Source: Bugula neritina (taxonomy: Eukaryota > Animalia > Bryozoa). Taken from it: 64,000 nucleotides of DNA. The stretch's first letter is position 1. Each line of letters begins with the position of its first letter. The notes beneath the pieces were generated by a model. It saw only the letters and a program-made list of their open reading frames with translations, was not told the DNA's origin and did no database searches. The stretch is from contig OZ037766.1 of NCBI GenBank assembly GCA_964035545.1, positions 22,060,767-22,124,766 on the forward strand, written 5' to 3'. A program made the position numbers and the translations under genes. This document shows positions 36,867-49,557 of this stretch, piece after piece.

Positions 36867-39420
36867 AAGGATGGTCAGCCCACTGAGCAAAATCCAACTC
36901 CAACCCTTCATTTAGGTTACCAACGCACTAAAGCATATAATGTAAGACGCACAAAAAACAGTGGTTTTAATGAAACATGTGTAGGAAACGAACAAAAAGC
37001 GTCTTCAACAGAGTCAGCTGATATAGAGCAACAGAACTCATCTGACAGCCATCCTCATAGTCAGACTTCATCAGAAGTAACTGCGTTACCAAAAACATCA
37101 ACTACTCAGAAAAAAAGATCTGCACATTCTATTGATAGACGAAAATCAAAAGTTGGAAGAAAAAGCTCAAAAAATTCCATGTTAAAACAAAAAGCAACTA
37201 TTAAAAAAGTAAAATTTTTTAAAAACTTTCACCACTACAGATGAGCAAACTAAATTTTATACTGGAATACCTACACGTTTTCTATACTTTTCTTTAGCAA
37301 GGTGAAAATTATTATTTTCTTATTGCAAAGATATACTATGGTTTATTACAAATAAACAATGCAAGTCTCACTATGCTAAAATTTGCACATTGATTAAATT
37401 TGATATGTATTAAAACTGTCATTTTAATTAAATTTGTTGCAGTGTGAGTGTATCATTCATACATTTTTTATTAAAGATGTTGTTTTATGTGGGGACGGAG
37501 CAATATTCCGAAGGCCCATTGCTCCGAAGGTCCATTGTTCCGAAGGTCCATTAGTCCGAAAATTAGTACACACTAATTTCACTCACAATTTAGTTTAAGT
37601 TCTTGCTGTACTATTGCTCTGTGGGTGGCATACGTGTTACCTACTTGTGACTGCTTAGCCTGAGATTACTCTATGATCAATAAGCAGCTACATCGGCATA
37701 ATTATGCTACATTATCAATTACAGGCTTGCTAGGTGACAGGCTAGTGAATAGCTTTTTGTGTACTTAGTTTATGGAACAGCCATATTTGAGGCTGCTGCT
37801 TATTGATCATAGTGTAATCTCAAGCTAAACAATCACAAGTAGGCAACACGCATGCCACCCACAGAGCAATAGTACAGCAAGAACTTAAACTAAATATGTG
37901 AGTGAACTAATTTTCTGACTAATGGACCTTCGGAACAATGGACCTTCGGAGCAATGGGCCTTCGGAATATTGACTAGTCACCGTTTTATGTAAGATATTC
38001 ATAAATACCACAATGGTCATCTGTATGCTTTGACTTATCTAGTTTAGGGTTTTATTTAAACAAGCAACAGTCTTCTATTTGTGGACAAATTGACTCACTT
38101 TCTCCAGAAAAAGTAAATTTTTTTAACCTAAATTTTCCTTGGTTATTTTAAAGCTTAATAAAAGTGGCCTCCTAATCTAATTATTAGCTGAAACTAAGTA
38201 GGTGTTTAAAACTAAAATGGTTTACACTTGTTACTAGTTTCACTTATTCACAAATATTATTAAATGCTATTCTAGAAATAATATGGGTTTGAATTAGTTA
38301 TAGTATAATTATAAAATAAAGTAATAATTGTTTGTCCACAGTATTTGTTTAAACTCATGACTTCATCCAAAGCATGTATTCATACAACTAGCTAATCATG
38401 TACTGTTACAGTATTATGTAACACATGTTGACACACATTACATTCTGTTTGGATGGTGATATATTGGGTCAAGCCTTCAGCTAGCAGTTCTTGAACTTCA
38501 TAGTTGTTGCAAAATATAACTGAAGCTACTTATCAGTGGGTAAAAACTGCTGAATGAATACAAACTAAGCACAAAATTTATTTAGCACATACATTATAAT
38601 TTGAATCATAATTTAATTTTCTTTCTTTATTTACTATATTGAGATGAAAGTTCTTACTCTCCGAAAAAAGTTAACAAGACAAGGTGAACTTTTATTGGCT
38701 TTAATGAAGCTGCGTCAAGGTTTACAGTTTCAAATACTTGCTGGCCTTTTTTATATCTCTAGATTGCTAGCAAGCAAAACCTTCAAAGACACATTAAATA
38801 TTTTAGCAAGAGAACTGACCAATATAATATATTTTTTCACCAAGAGAAAAGCTGAACATCCCTCTGAGCTTTCAAAGCCAATATGCTAACATTAAGTGCA
38901 TTATAGACTGCACAGAAATATTCATTTGCAAGCCTCAATCAAAGCTGGCTCAATATTTAACATGGGGTGAGTATAAAAAGACCAACACCATCAAGTATTT
39001 GGTTGCAATTACACCCAGGGGCACTACCTGCTTTATTTCGCATGGAATGGGAGGTAGAGCCTAAGACAAGTGTGTAGTGAATGACTCTGGGTTCTTAGAC
39101 TTCATAAACCCAGGTGATGTGGTCATGGCAGATAGAGGCTTTCTTATTGAAGAAGAACTTATAGGCGCTGGAGCCAAGTTGGCCATATCACCTGGGAAAA
39201 AAGGCTATTTGCAAATGACTAAAATGCAGTTACTGCAAACAAAGTTGATTTCTAACCTTCGAATCCATGTCGAAAAAGCAATCAAAAGGATAAAGGAGTT
39301 CAATATTTTAAATGGTCCCGAAGTGTGAACTTGGTGTTGGCACCTCTATTAGACAAGACTATGATAGTCTGCTGTGCTCTCTGTAATCTACAGCCATCAT
39401 TGGTGACTGATGAAATTTAG
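36867..39420 (+). pseudogene. Disrupted THAP-HTH-DDE (DDE_Tnp_4-like) ISL2EU transposase
   Basis: THAP tail DGQPTEQNPTPTLHLGY (36870), DEQTKFYTGIP (~37240), ELLLALMKLRQG, CIIDCTEIFI, YKKTNTIKYLVAITPRG, VMADRGFLI, RIHVEKAIKRIK and MIVCCALCNLQPSLVTDEI*, with frameshifts, stops and a probable intron after 37281. Confidence 0.88.
37491..37982. mobile_element. MULE/Mutator-type foldback MITE nested in the ISL2EU element
   Basis: 9-bp TSD GTTTTATGT at 37482-37490 and 37983-37991; ~200-bp inverted arms with tandem 15-mers CCGAAGG(T/C)CCATT(G/A)NT at both ends. Confidence 0.88.
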
Positions 39421-40634
39421 AATTTGAAGTAAAAAATGTGTTATTTTTACCTGTGCCATTTTACTAGAAATCTATATCTAGCTTTTATATAATATTCTTG
39501 TAATTTTCATCATAGCAATAAATAAATTACATTGTTTCCACATTATTATTTCATATATTTATAGTTTATTTGAAAGCTTACGTTGTTTATTGTGGATGTT
39601 GACTGCTGCAGAAACTGACTACTATTTTCAAAATTTAAAAGGAAAACACATTCTTGGTGCAGAAGTGGCAGAATATGTAATACAATTTTTTTCAAATTGA
39701 AGGTAAGAAATGGGATCATTTCAGCATTCATAAGCTGCACATAATAGCTTATGTGTATATTTTTATATGGTGTGGACTTGCTATTACTGCTAGCTACAAT
39801 ATTACCAGCATGGGTGGTTGATTTAACCTCTTAGTAGTTCCCATGTCTTACATACAATAAAATTCCGGTTGAATAAAATATTTACTATTGTAAAGTACAA
39901 AACAAATGACCAGAATATTTTATATGTTTAACAGAAATTTTGTAATACTACTGTGGATTGGCTACTGTACATTAGCTAGATGTAGGCGGAGCCTACACTA
40001 CTCAGCCATCCAGATGCATATACTAAAGGGCCATTCAAAAACCAGCCAATCAAAGTCATGTACCAAATTCACAGCGGTTTACTGCAAGCTTTCAATGCTA
40101 AACAATAACCCATTCAAGCTGCAACAACAAATAACTACTAAGTTGGCAGTTATGCAATAATTGGCCTTAAGTTGCAAAAGTGTACCAGGTCATTTTTTTG
40201 GACATGCAATTTTTAATTGCATTTTATAAACACTTTATTTAGACATTTTAAAAAATCATTTCAAGAGTCATCAATTTAAGATATGAAATTAAATAATGCA
40301 TGAAAAAAAAGTTGCACAACTAGCTTTTAGAAGCATGCATTTTGCAATTGAACTTGCAGAATTTTATATCTGTTACAATGTTAAGACATTGACCTGGTAC
40401 ACTTTGCTGATTGGCTGAGTTTAACATGGTCTATTACTAATATTTTAATTTACTGGTATGATTTATTGTGTAATGAATTTAAGTAAAATTTGATTTAATC
40501 CTAATTGTCAAATATTTTAATAAGTTTCAGCAGTTGGTGCTACAGCATATGTAAAGGGATTTTTTGTTTTTTTCTTTTAGAAAAGTTAGAAGCCAACTTT
40601 GGGAGCTACCATATCAAAGTCATTTGAAACTAAC

Positions 40635-42424
40635 ATGCTTACACCACGCTTTACATTGTCCCAGGACTCCAGCCATGTTGTGGTGTATATAGAGGCTCCA
40701 TATGTTAAATTTTCGAGTGCGGAAATATGTATTATCGATAAAGAATTTTCTTTTTATTGCAAACCATATTATCTGAAATTATATTTCTCAGAGGAAATTG
40801 AGGAAGATGATACTACAGATGCCGCATATGACGTTGATCTTGGGCAATTCACGATTAAAATTCTTAAATCTAATAAGGGTGAACATTTCACAGATCTTGA
40901 CATGCTTACCAAGCTCATGATAAATAATTCAAATCAGAAAACGGTGAAAGCATCAACACTGATTGAAGTGTTAAAAAGTGATACTAATGAAAATTATGAT
41001 GAGGAGGAAATAGATTGGTCACTAGAACAAGTAGTAGTTGAGCCTGAGTCGCCTCTAGCAGATTGTGCATATGGCTTTAACCTGGGTGCCTCTGGCGTTT
41101 TCAGTAAGCGACCAGATGAATGTTCTGAATTGATAGACATTCAAAATCCAGATGAGACACCACTTAGTAAAAGAACTGTTCTTCAAAAAGAACACGAAGA
41201 TCAGAACTTCAATGTTCAGCATTATTTATCCGACTTGCAAGATGACGACGAAATACGTGATCTTGTGATGTATCAAACTCTGGCACAGTCCACATACCTT
41301 GGCGGTTTAGAAGGTGATCACATGTTTTCTTGTTATCGTTAAATCTGAATAGAATTGTGAGGTGTGCAAACAGCGCAACTGGTCTCTGTGATATATTGAA
41401 ATGAGCTAAAAGAAAGTTTGTTGCTCATTATTTAAAAGTTGCCTTGAAATTGTCACTAAGTTTTCATTGAAAAATTTCTGAACATATTTAAAAATGTGTT
41501 AAGTTTGATATGCGTTTCAGTCCTTTGTAATCTTAAAATTTTGCTATATGCCTGTAACATTTGACTAATTGTTGTCATAAATACTGTTAGAGCATGGCAA
41601 CGCAGTGAAACATGCTGCCTCATATACTAAAGAAGAGATGGAACTTATTCTTCAGTTACCAAAGAAGGAGTATATTTTAGAGAAATTTCAGACAAGCGCA
41701 GCCCTTGTTGGTCTTATAGACATCTTATATGCTTGCCTCTATGATACCAGGTGAGAACTAATCATAATTTACCTATAGTTGCAGTAATATATATATATAT
41801 ATATCTTTATGAACTAGCAGTTACTGTTACTCTGAAGATGGGTACAGTGGTGCCCGAAATATAAGTTAATTACTTTGCCTAATAAAGTAATAAAACAACA
41901 ATGTTTCTCGTATATTTATTCATATATATACATAATCACATGTTATGTAATTAATGCCATTCGGGGTGTACAAGAACTATTTAAGTGAGTTCTTATGTTA
42001 TTCTTCTTTAAAGAACTACTAAAGACGACCCGTCTGTGGAGTCAGCTTGGACTATAAGAAAATTGAGTTCTACGTTGTCGTGGCTCACTTCCACCTCTGA
42101 TTTGCGTTCTGCTATTATCAGTTCGTTGAGGCGTTCTTTATGCTTCCCTCTCTACAGGCATTGGATTCTGTCATTGCAGGTATATCTATTCTGTCATTGC
42201 AGGTATATCTATTCTGTCAAAACCTCACCTGATAATCCCAGCTGTCTATTTGTGTCCCTTTCCAGATAATTGTTTAAGTTATGTGTAGACATGGTGACCA
42301 TTTTACATGCTTTCTACTGCATGTAGGATTTTATTTTATAGTTTTTTCTTGCCTGCCATTAGTTAGTGATTGATATTCATATAGATAGCATTTGTAATAT
42401 TACTATATAATAGAAGCAGTAATA

Positions 42425-42468
<44 letters not shown>

Positions 42469-43233
42469 ATCAACTACTAAATGAGCATAGTTAATTGCCA
42501 TGAGGTGTATTGGGCAGTTATCTTTTAAGAGCACTTTATGCTTTTGTGAAAGTTATAGCAAAGATGAATGATTACACAAGATTTATGATGCCCCCTAATA
42601 TTATATATGAAAATACTAAATACAGATAGCTTTTATCATTAGTACTTGTGGCACCAGTGTTTTGTTTTGAAGGTACTGGACGATGTGCGTATGGTGCTGG
42701 CAATGGGTAAACCACAAATTCTCAAGACATTCTTGCATGTGCGGAGTATATTTAACAACACAGAGTCGTACCATATTCATAATGACTTGTATATAACAGA
42801 CTATTGTGTGTGGCTACAGTCTCTCTCAGACAAGTGTCTCAACACGTTAATCTCAGATATAGACAAGTTGCATCTCAGTAAACAGGAAGTTGGCTTGGAT
42901 ATCTGTTCCATAGAGAACTCCCAGTTGTATCTCAGTAGTGAATCGGGCAGCGACTTGGAGGAGTCAAGTGATACCTCAGAGGAGTTGGATAGTTCAACAA
43001 GTACCGAAGGGGTTGATTCAAGTCTTGACTCTGATGACTCTGCTGATGACATAGAAGGCTCAAGTCATAGTATAGAGTCATCTATTCAATCCAACTCATC
43101 TTGTAACGATACTGAAGAATTTTCAGCTGTAACTGACGAGTTGAATTTACAACTTTCACATCTCTCAGTGTCGACAAATACTGTTAATGAGAAGTCACCA
43201 CTGATTGAAGTTTTAACATCTAATACTTCATAA
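40635..43233 (+). CDS. SHQ1: SHQ1, H/ACA RNP assembly chaperone, 521 aa
   Basis: Exons 40635-41313, 41591-41750, 42014-42179, 42673-43233 (1566 nt, in frame). N-terminus MLTPRFTLSQD..FYCKPYYLKL (CS domain), GEHFTDLDMLTKL, VESAWTIRKLSSTLSW, RRSLCFPLYRHW, NDLYITDYCVWLQ; acidic tail with PLIEVL. Confidence 0.95.
41826..41890 (+). ncRNA. Candidate minimal hammerhead ribozyme / Penelope-like pLTR remnant
   Basis: CTGAAGA (41832-41838), stem II GGGTAC-agtg-GTGCCC, GAAA (41856-41859), then TATA, with AATAAA at 41881. Confidence 0.5.
42427..42463. repeat. (TA)n microsatellite
   Basis: Read directly. Confidence 0.95.
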
Positions 43234-44174
43234 GAATTTAATTCTTTCTTTGGTTGAGCTATGAGGTTATATTTTTCTTACTCTTAATGTTTAAATGCAA
43301 ATTTATACAATTTTATATTGCAATGGTATTTCTGGTTTATTTCCTCAGCTTATTTCCTATTTCTAATAACTAAAATAATGGTTTGAAGTTGTGTTCTCTT
43401 GATAATTTCTTCCAGTGGTATTGAAGGAATGGCAATAAGCTAGTACAGCATTCCATTGTGGAGTTATCCCTGTTCAAAACTAGAAAAAAAGTATATTGAC
43501 TATAATATTCAAGCATAATTATTGTTTCATTACATGGAGACAGTGTGGAGTGTGAACAACAATTCAAGTTTCAGTGACGGGCAACAACAACCATATTTTA
43601 ATGTGAGGCCTCATAAATATGCTGTGTTTAATGTACTATTTCTAAGTTGATGTAGGTGTCTAGGCTCTAGCTAACTTTCACACATCATAATATTATTCCA
43701 TTTCAATTGTTGACAGCATTAACCTATAACTAAGTTTTAGTTCATTGGTTGACGCAATAATTATTCAACTATAAGTTAACCAATCCCATCAGTTTGATGC
43801 GTAGAACTAACAATAAACGTCACAGCTCTTTGAAAATTTGCACGACTACCTTTTAAATATTGCTAATCTAGTTCATAATGCGCACTAATACAACAATAAT
43901 TATTATCAATAAAACAAAATGTTATTTTGTCAATTGTACAATTTACAACATTCAATGGGCAAAAATAATTATAATTGAGCTCATTTTATAATAGTAACAA
44001 TGCGTCAGTATCAAGTTTTTAAACTTTAGAGTTTCAGGTTTTCATTTTGTAAACCGCCGGATGCAGCATTTTATGGTAGTTTCTCATTGCAGTTTGTTAG
44101 ATAAATCAAGGAAACGCTGAGCGGAACCGGTGCTGTAAAACCTCTAAGTTAATAATATCTTGATAATCACATAA

Positions 44175-47100
44175 ATGGGAGAAATGGAGGGCAAATCGAA
44201 AGACCAACTAGTTTTGCGAGCTAAACATGCCGAACAAGCAGAACGGTATGATGACATGGCTTCTGCAATGAAAGCTATAGCTCAAATGTTGAAAGGCTCG
44301 TTAGAGAAGTTAGGAAGTGAAGAAAGAAATCTTTTGTCTGTTGCTTATAAAAATGTAGTAGGAGCTAGGCGCTCTGCTTGGCGTGTTATCTCTAGCATTG
44401 AACAAAAAAGTGATGATGAAACAAAAAAGACGTTAGTGAAAAATTACAGGCAGAAAGTTGAAGCTGAACTTACAGCAATATGTAACGACGTACTGGTAAG
44501 TTAAACTTGAAGTTAAAGTACTAGTGTCTAGTAGTACTACTAACAGTAGCTGAGTAACTCTTACCCAAAGATTTTCTCATTTACTTTTAAAGAGTGAGAC
44601 AGGCTCAGACTGAGGGTAAGACTAAAGTAATACTAATAGTAATACTAATAGTAATAGCAAAAGCAGTGCACTATCAGTACCACCACCTAAGGCTAAGCCT
44701 AATGTAACCAGCAAAACAAAGTCAAACTCAAAGTAAATAATAGAATGAGAATAAGTTTAATTAACTCATCAACTCAACTTTAAGTTTAGGTAATTAACAG
44801 GCCACAAGCACAGGTCATAGTCCTGTAGTTGTATTTGTAATGTTCAACTTCAAGTTCAATTTTATTTTCATTTGACTTGTCTTTGGAGCTTTAAGATCAA
44901 TTTTAAAGTTTTGAATTATTGCATTTTCTCTTTATGATTTACTTTTAGTTTTACATTGATATTTTTTATTTTATTGTGCTACTAATCTATGAATGTAGGC
45001 ATCATGATCATTTTGGAAAGTTTACAAGCCCCGTAGTCATATTCATACTCAGTATGACTACTGTCGCTGTACAGTGTATAAATACTGTGACTGTGCATAT
45101 TGTTATTAGTGTTAGTTGATCTGTAAATAGATTAATACTACTACTATGACATCAAATACAATGTGTTTCTCACAATCATTGTAACAATAATTCAAAGTGA
45201 ATAATCCTCATATTCATATTGGGTTCGGTCTACCCGTAAATCATAAGAATCAACAATTATACTCAACTTTGCAATAACTTACATAACTAAAATTGAGTAT
45301 TTATGTTATAATAATATTATTATAAATATCCTAACAGCAGTATGGATTATTAATAGTAATACTAATACTCAAACTGAAATAAGTAGTAAAATTTAAAGTG
45401 ACACTAAAAATGTAGTTATAATGCTACCATTAGATTTAGCACATCAATAGTATTAGCATATTTTTATACACTTTAATGATTATATCTGCATTTGCTTCAT
45501 TATAGTTAGCTTTATTATTTATTACTATTACTTGCCTTAGTGCCATTTCCAGGAAAACTGGAGATTTGTAGTATTGTTGTTCTTTATCATAATAACTTAT
45601 GGCCATGATCCTCATTCTGAGCTTGGGGTTAAAATAGGCCATTGTAATAAGACTAAGACTAATACTAATAGCAAAAGCAGTGCACTATCAGTATCAGTAC
45701 CACCACCTAAGGCTAAGCCTAAGGCTAATGTAACCAGCAAATAAATAATGTTGATACTCAAATTGATATATATTTATGTCCTTACAAGTTATTACTATAT
45801 ATATTATAAGGCTAGGCAGAAAGCCTAGGGTTGAAATTTTAAAATAAAATTTACTTATTTGACTTAACTTGATGGTGCAGTTGATGAGTATGTTTTCTAC
45901 ACTGCTAGACAATTTAGTTAGACTTCTAGAGACAATAGAAATTATATAGCCATCAATTATATAATGGAAAGGTTACAGCACTAATTCAGTATGTGCTCAA
46001 GTTGTAAGTTGGATTTGATAAAACCGTACAATGTATTATCTCAACATTGTTGAAAAGCTCATGGGAGTTGATTGAAAAGTTGTCTCTCAAACGGAACTAG
46101 GCAATGTCTGAAAACCTACACAAAGTTTATAAGTTTTAGATGAAATTTATGATGTTGGTAATGAAAATGTGATGAAAATAGTTATGTGATGCTCTCAGAT
46201 TCATGTAGGGTTACTCATACTCTAAGTGGTAATCTCAGTGCAGTAATAAAGTATTTCAGTGATATGGTGGCTGCCACTATAATCCAATATCAGGCCTTTG
46301 TTATGAAAATCACTATGATAATGCTAGCCATGAAGCATGACGTAAATTGCAACAATATTGCAGTATGAAAATGGTGCATAATTTGTTTTCTCTTTTCAGG
46401 CACTGCTTGATGAGTTTCTCATTCCTACGGCTGAGGATGATCCTGAATCTCGTGTCTTCTACTTGAAAATGAAAGGAGATTATTACAGATACTTAGGAGA
46501 AGTAGCTGTAGCTGATGATAGAGAAGGTAAAAGTTGTTGACTCGCAACTCATTTTGGTTGAGACCTTTTTTTTTCAGTAAACTTAACAATCTGAAGCTTA
46601 ATATTTCGTTAATACTGTAATTCCATTCTAAGTAATTGGCAACTGGTTTCAGAATGTTTAATTAATTTTGATACAAAAAACGCCATTTTTCGACTTTCAA
46701 CTTTCTAAAAAAAAGCATGTCGGTTTTATTCATAGATCCTAAAGATGTTTTGCACAACCGTTTGAAATTATTGAGTGCGAGCATAATAGCCAATTGAGTA
46801 ATGTAGAATTAAAGCTTTTCTTGCTCTATTTTACTTTGAAGCTTTTGAGAATTGGTATTTGTAGAGGTTGTGAAGATGTCAGAAGAAGCGTATAAAGTTG
46901 CTTATGAGGAGGCTGCCAACAAGATGCCCTCTACCCATCCTATTAGACTAGGGCTAGCTCTCAATTTCTCTGTCTTTTTCTATGAAATTAAAAACTCTCC
47001 AGGAGAGGCGTGTGAGCTGGCTAAAAAGGTGATTTCCAATCTCTAATTCTTTGTCATAACATTCATCTTGGTTGTGCATTTTCTTGGTAATGACGAAACT

Positions 47101-47770
47101 GTAAGCCTAGGGCCACACGGTGCGTATTTTCGCATGCGAAAATTGAAATCACAAGTAGCAAAGGTGTCCACTGTGCGTGTTGAGAAAACCTTCGCACTTG
47201 TCACTCTGCATTTTCAACGCTAGTGCGAATCGTCTCTGTGGCTGGCAGCTATTCAGCGAGCCCAATTTCTTTATTTAGTGCTATATTCTAGTAAATTGCG
47301 TTTTATTGAAAGCGAGTGCGATTTAAAAATGAAAGCTTTATTTATCACGCATCACTGACGCTACAGTGGACACCTTTGCTACTTGTGATTTTAATTTTCG
47401 CATGCGAAAATACGCACAGTGTGGCCCTAGGCTAACTAATATATGATGCTCTATAGACATATAGTGAATTGGTTTTTCCAGTTGTGTAATAGATTGGTAA
47501 CAGTTGAGCTCATGTTTTAGGCATTTGATGACGCTATTGCTGATCTAGATGCACTGCAAGAAGATGCTTACAAAGACAGCACTTTGATTATGCAGCTGCT
47601 ACGAGACAATCTTACTGTAAGTTATCCCCTCTTGATGTGGACTCGTAGTTTTTTACCATTGCTTGATGTTACATGTTGTCTCAATTGGTTGTTTTCACCT
47701 CTCCATAACTGTTTATCTAATGTTTTAGCTATGGACATCAGATCAGGATGTTCCAGGGGAGGATGACTAA
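44175..47770 (+). CDS. YWHAZ: 14-3-3 protein (zeta/non-epsilon type), 249 aa
   Basis: Exons 44175-44495, 46400-46526, 46865-47028, 47521-47616, 47729-47770 (750 nt). [60 protein letters not shown] and [21 protein letters not shown] are present. The symbol indicates the subfamily, not strict orthology. Confidence 0.96.
47105..47432. mobile_element. PIF/Harbinger MITE (14-3-3 intron 3)
   Basis: ~70-bp TIRs starting GCCTAGGGCCACAC; 3-bp TSD TAA at 47102-47104 and 47433-47435. Confidence 0.9.
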
Positions 47771-48879
47771 GTACCTCATCACCACTCCTTTTCCCTAATC
47801 ATTTAACGACGGACTACATGTATTTTCCAATCACTCAGAGCTGACCAACTAGTTAAATTGTGATGGACACTGTTGAGTTTTATACATGAAAGGTGACACC
47901 TGCTACTGCTGTTGACATCACATTTATCCTCTGCAACGCTCAGGCTCTATGTCCACTTTTACACTTGAACTTCTTACTATTGCTATGGCATTCATTATGC
48001 TCATTGCTTCATTAGGTTAAAGTTATTCAGTCAGGTTATTGAATTTTTTATTTCTAGCTTATTCTGGACAGTAGGTTTTGATATAATAGTAGGCATATTA
48101 GCTTCATCATAGACTTCACTCACTCATGTTGTATTGTAAGACTATATTGTCATTGTGTTCATTTTTCTTAGCATTCAACTACATCAATGTTACTGTCAGT
48201 GACCAAAATGGCATTCATTGAAATGCAATCCCCCACTTGTTATTATTTTTGTGCACTTGAAGCAAAAAACTGTTTGTGAAATTTATTCAATTATGTTTTT
48301 TATGTCTCATATATGCCCCTCATAAACACTTTCCAATTCTACTGTAATCATATAGATATTGCACATTATTTGAAAAGCTGTAAAAGATATTTTCAAACCA
48401 TCGTGAGTCTTGCTATGTGCATGCATGTTGATAATGCTGCTCTAATTTAATCATGATTTTCAAAAGTATTGTGGCATTTCTAATAAAATTTAATAATAAT
48501 GAATATACACTTACATTTCTTCTATGGAAAAATACTCCAAATGTCATAGACTAAAATTCCTCTGTTTCAAAAATTAGCTAATGAGCATTTTTGCTGTATA
48601 TGCTACTTGATTTTCTAAGACTTCATTTTACTTTAATAAATTGTAAAACCAATAGATGTTTTAGACAGCATCTTGGATTCATCTAGAATTGTAGTTATCA
48701 TTTGTTGTTCATCTATGTTAGACAACATATTATTTGTATTATAAAATCGCCTTTATCATGCTCAGAAGTTGTATAGGACAAAAACCGCACCTTTTTGCTA
48801 TTCTTTTATAAATCACAATGCAGGTTTGTGTTCAATGAATTGGTTTGTGAGAATGCAGCTTCACCACCTACAAGTACAT

Positions 48880-49151
48880 TTATCCGAACCTCGGAGGGCA
48901 ACTATTTTCAGGTTAGCAGCTGATAAAATTCCAGTGTTGTACGGCGAACTTGCAATGAGTTGCACCATCTTTGGGCGAAAAGTTGTAACAATAGTTCGCT
49001 AATGATAATAATATTATTTCGAAGTGGCGCAAGAGTTGCTTCGTAAGCCTGATTCATGACTATTTTACGCAATTTAAATGCAACAACTCCTATGAATATC
49101 AGTTTTAAAGTTCACGAGTACACGAGATTAATCAGCTCCAGTTAAGTAAGT
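48880..49151 (+). promoter_or_regulatory. Putative EXD2 promoter and non-coding first exon
   Basis: CpG-rich patch with E2F-like GGGCGAAAA (~48973); donor GTAAGT at 49146; acceptor ttttgtag ends at 54208, 22 nt before the EXD2 ATG. Confidence 0.45.
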
Positions 49152-49557
49152 GCATCATTGAGGCTTTTGCTGTACAAAGTCAAATATAATTTAAGCTATA
49201 ATATATATTATGTACGTAATCTTTTACTTATGGTTATAGTAATAATAGTATAATAATTTTGTATTAGTATTACTATTACAGTTATCACTTATAGTTATAC
49301 TTATAGTTAATAACTATAGTAATATTAGTATTACTATTACTATTAGTATTAGTATTACTATTAGTATTAGTATCACTATTACATTTACTATTAGTATTAG
49401 TATTACTATTAGCACTATAGACGTGCCACAGGCCCATGGTGATGGTAATATTAAAATTATTAAATTTAAAATTAATAACTATTAAAATAATTAATATTAT
49501 TATTAACTATAGTCTTAGTCTATAAGTATAACTAAGTTATAGACTAAGACTTAATAA

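Larger units (their letters stand above)
35786..40432 (+). mobile_element. ISL2EU (PIF/Harbinger-related) transposon with ~1.07-kb inverted arms
   Basis: Termini AGACCATG..CATGGTCT flanked by AT on both sides (35784-35785, 40433-40434); arms ~35786-36861 and ~39360-40432 (mirror ORFs 36060-/39906+ and 36475+/39546-); THAP-HTH-DDE transposase remnants inside. Confidence 0.88.

Noticed and set aside
37500-37565. Regularly spaced 15-nt repeats resembling a CRISPR array
   Set aside because: There are no unique spacers; the repeats are mirrored at the other end of a MITE in a eukaryotic genome.
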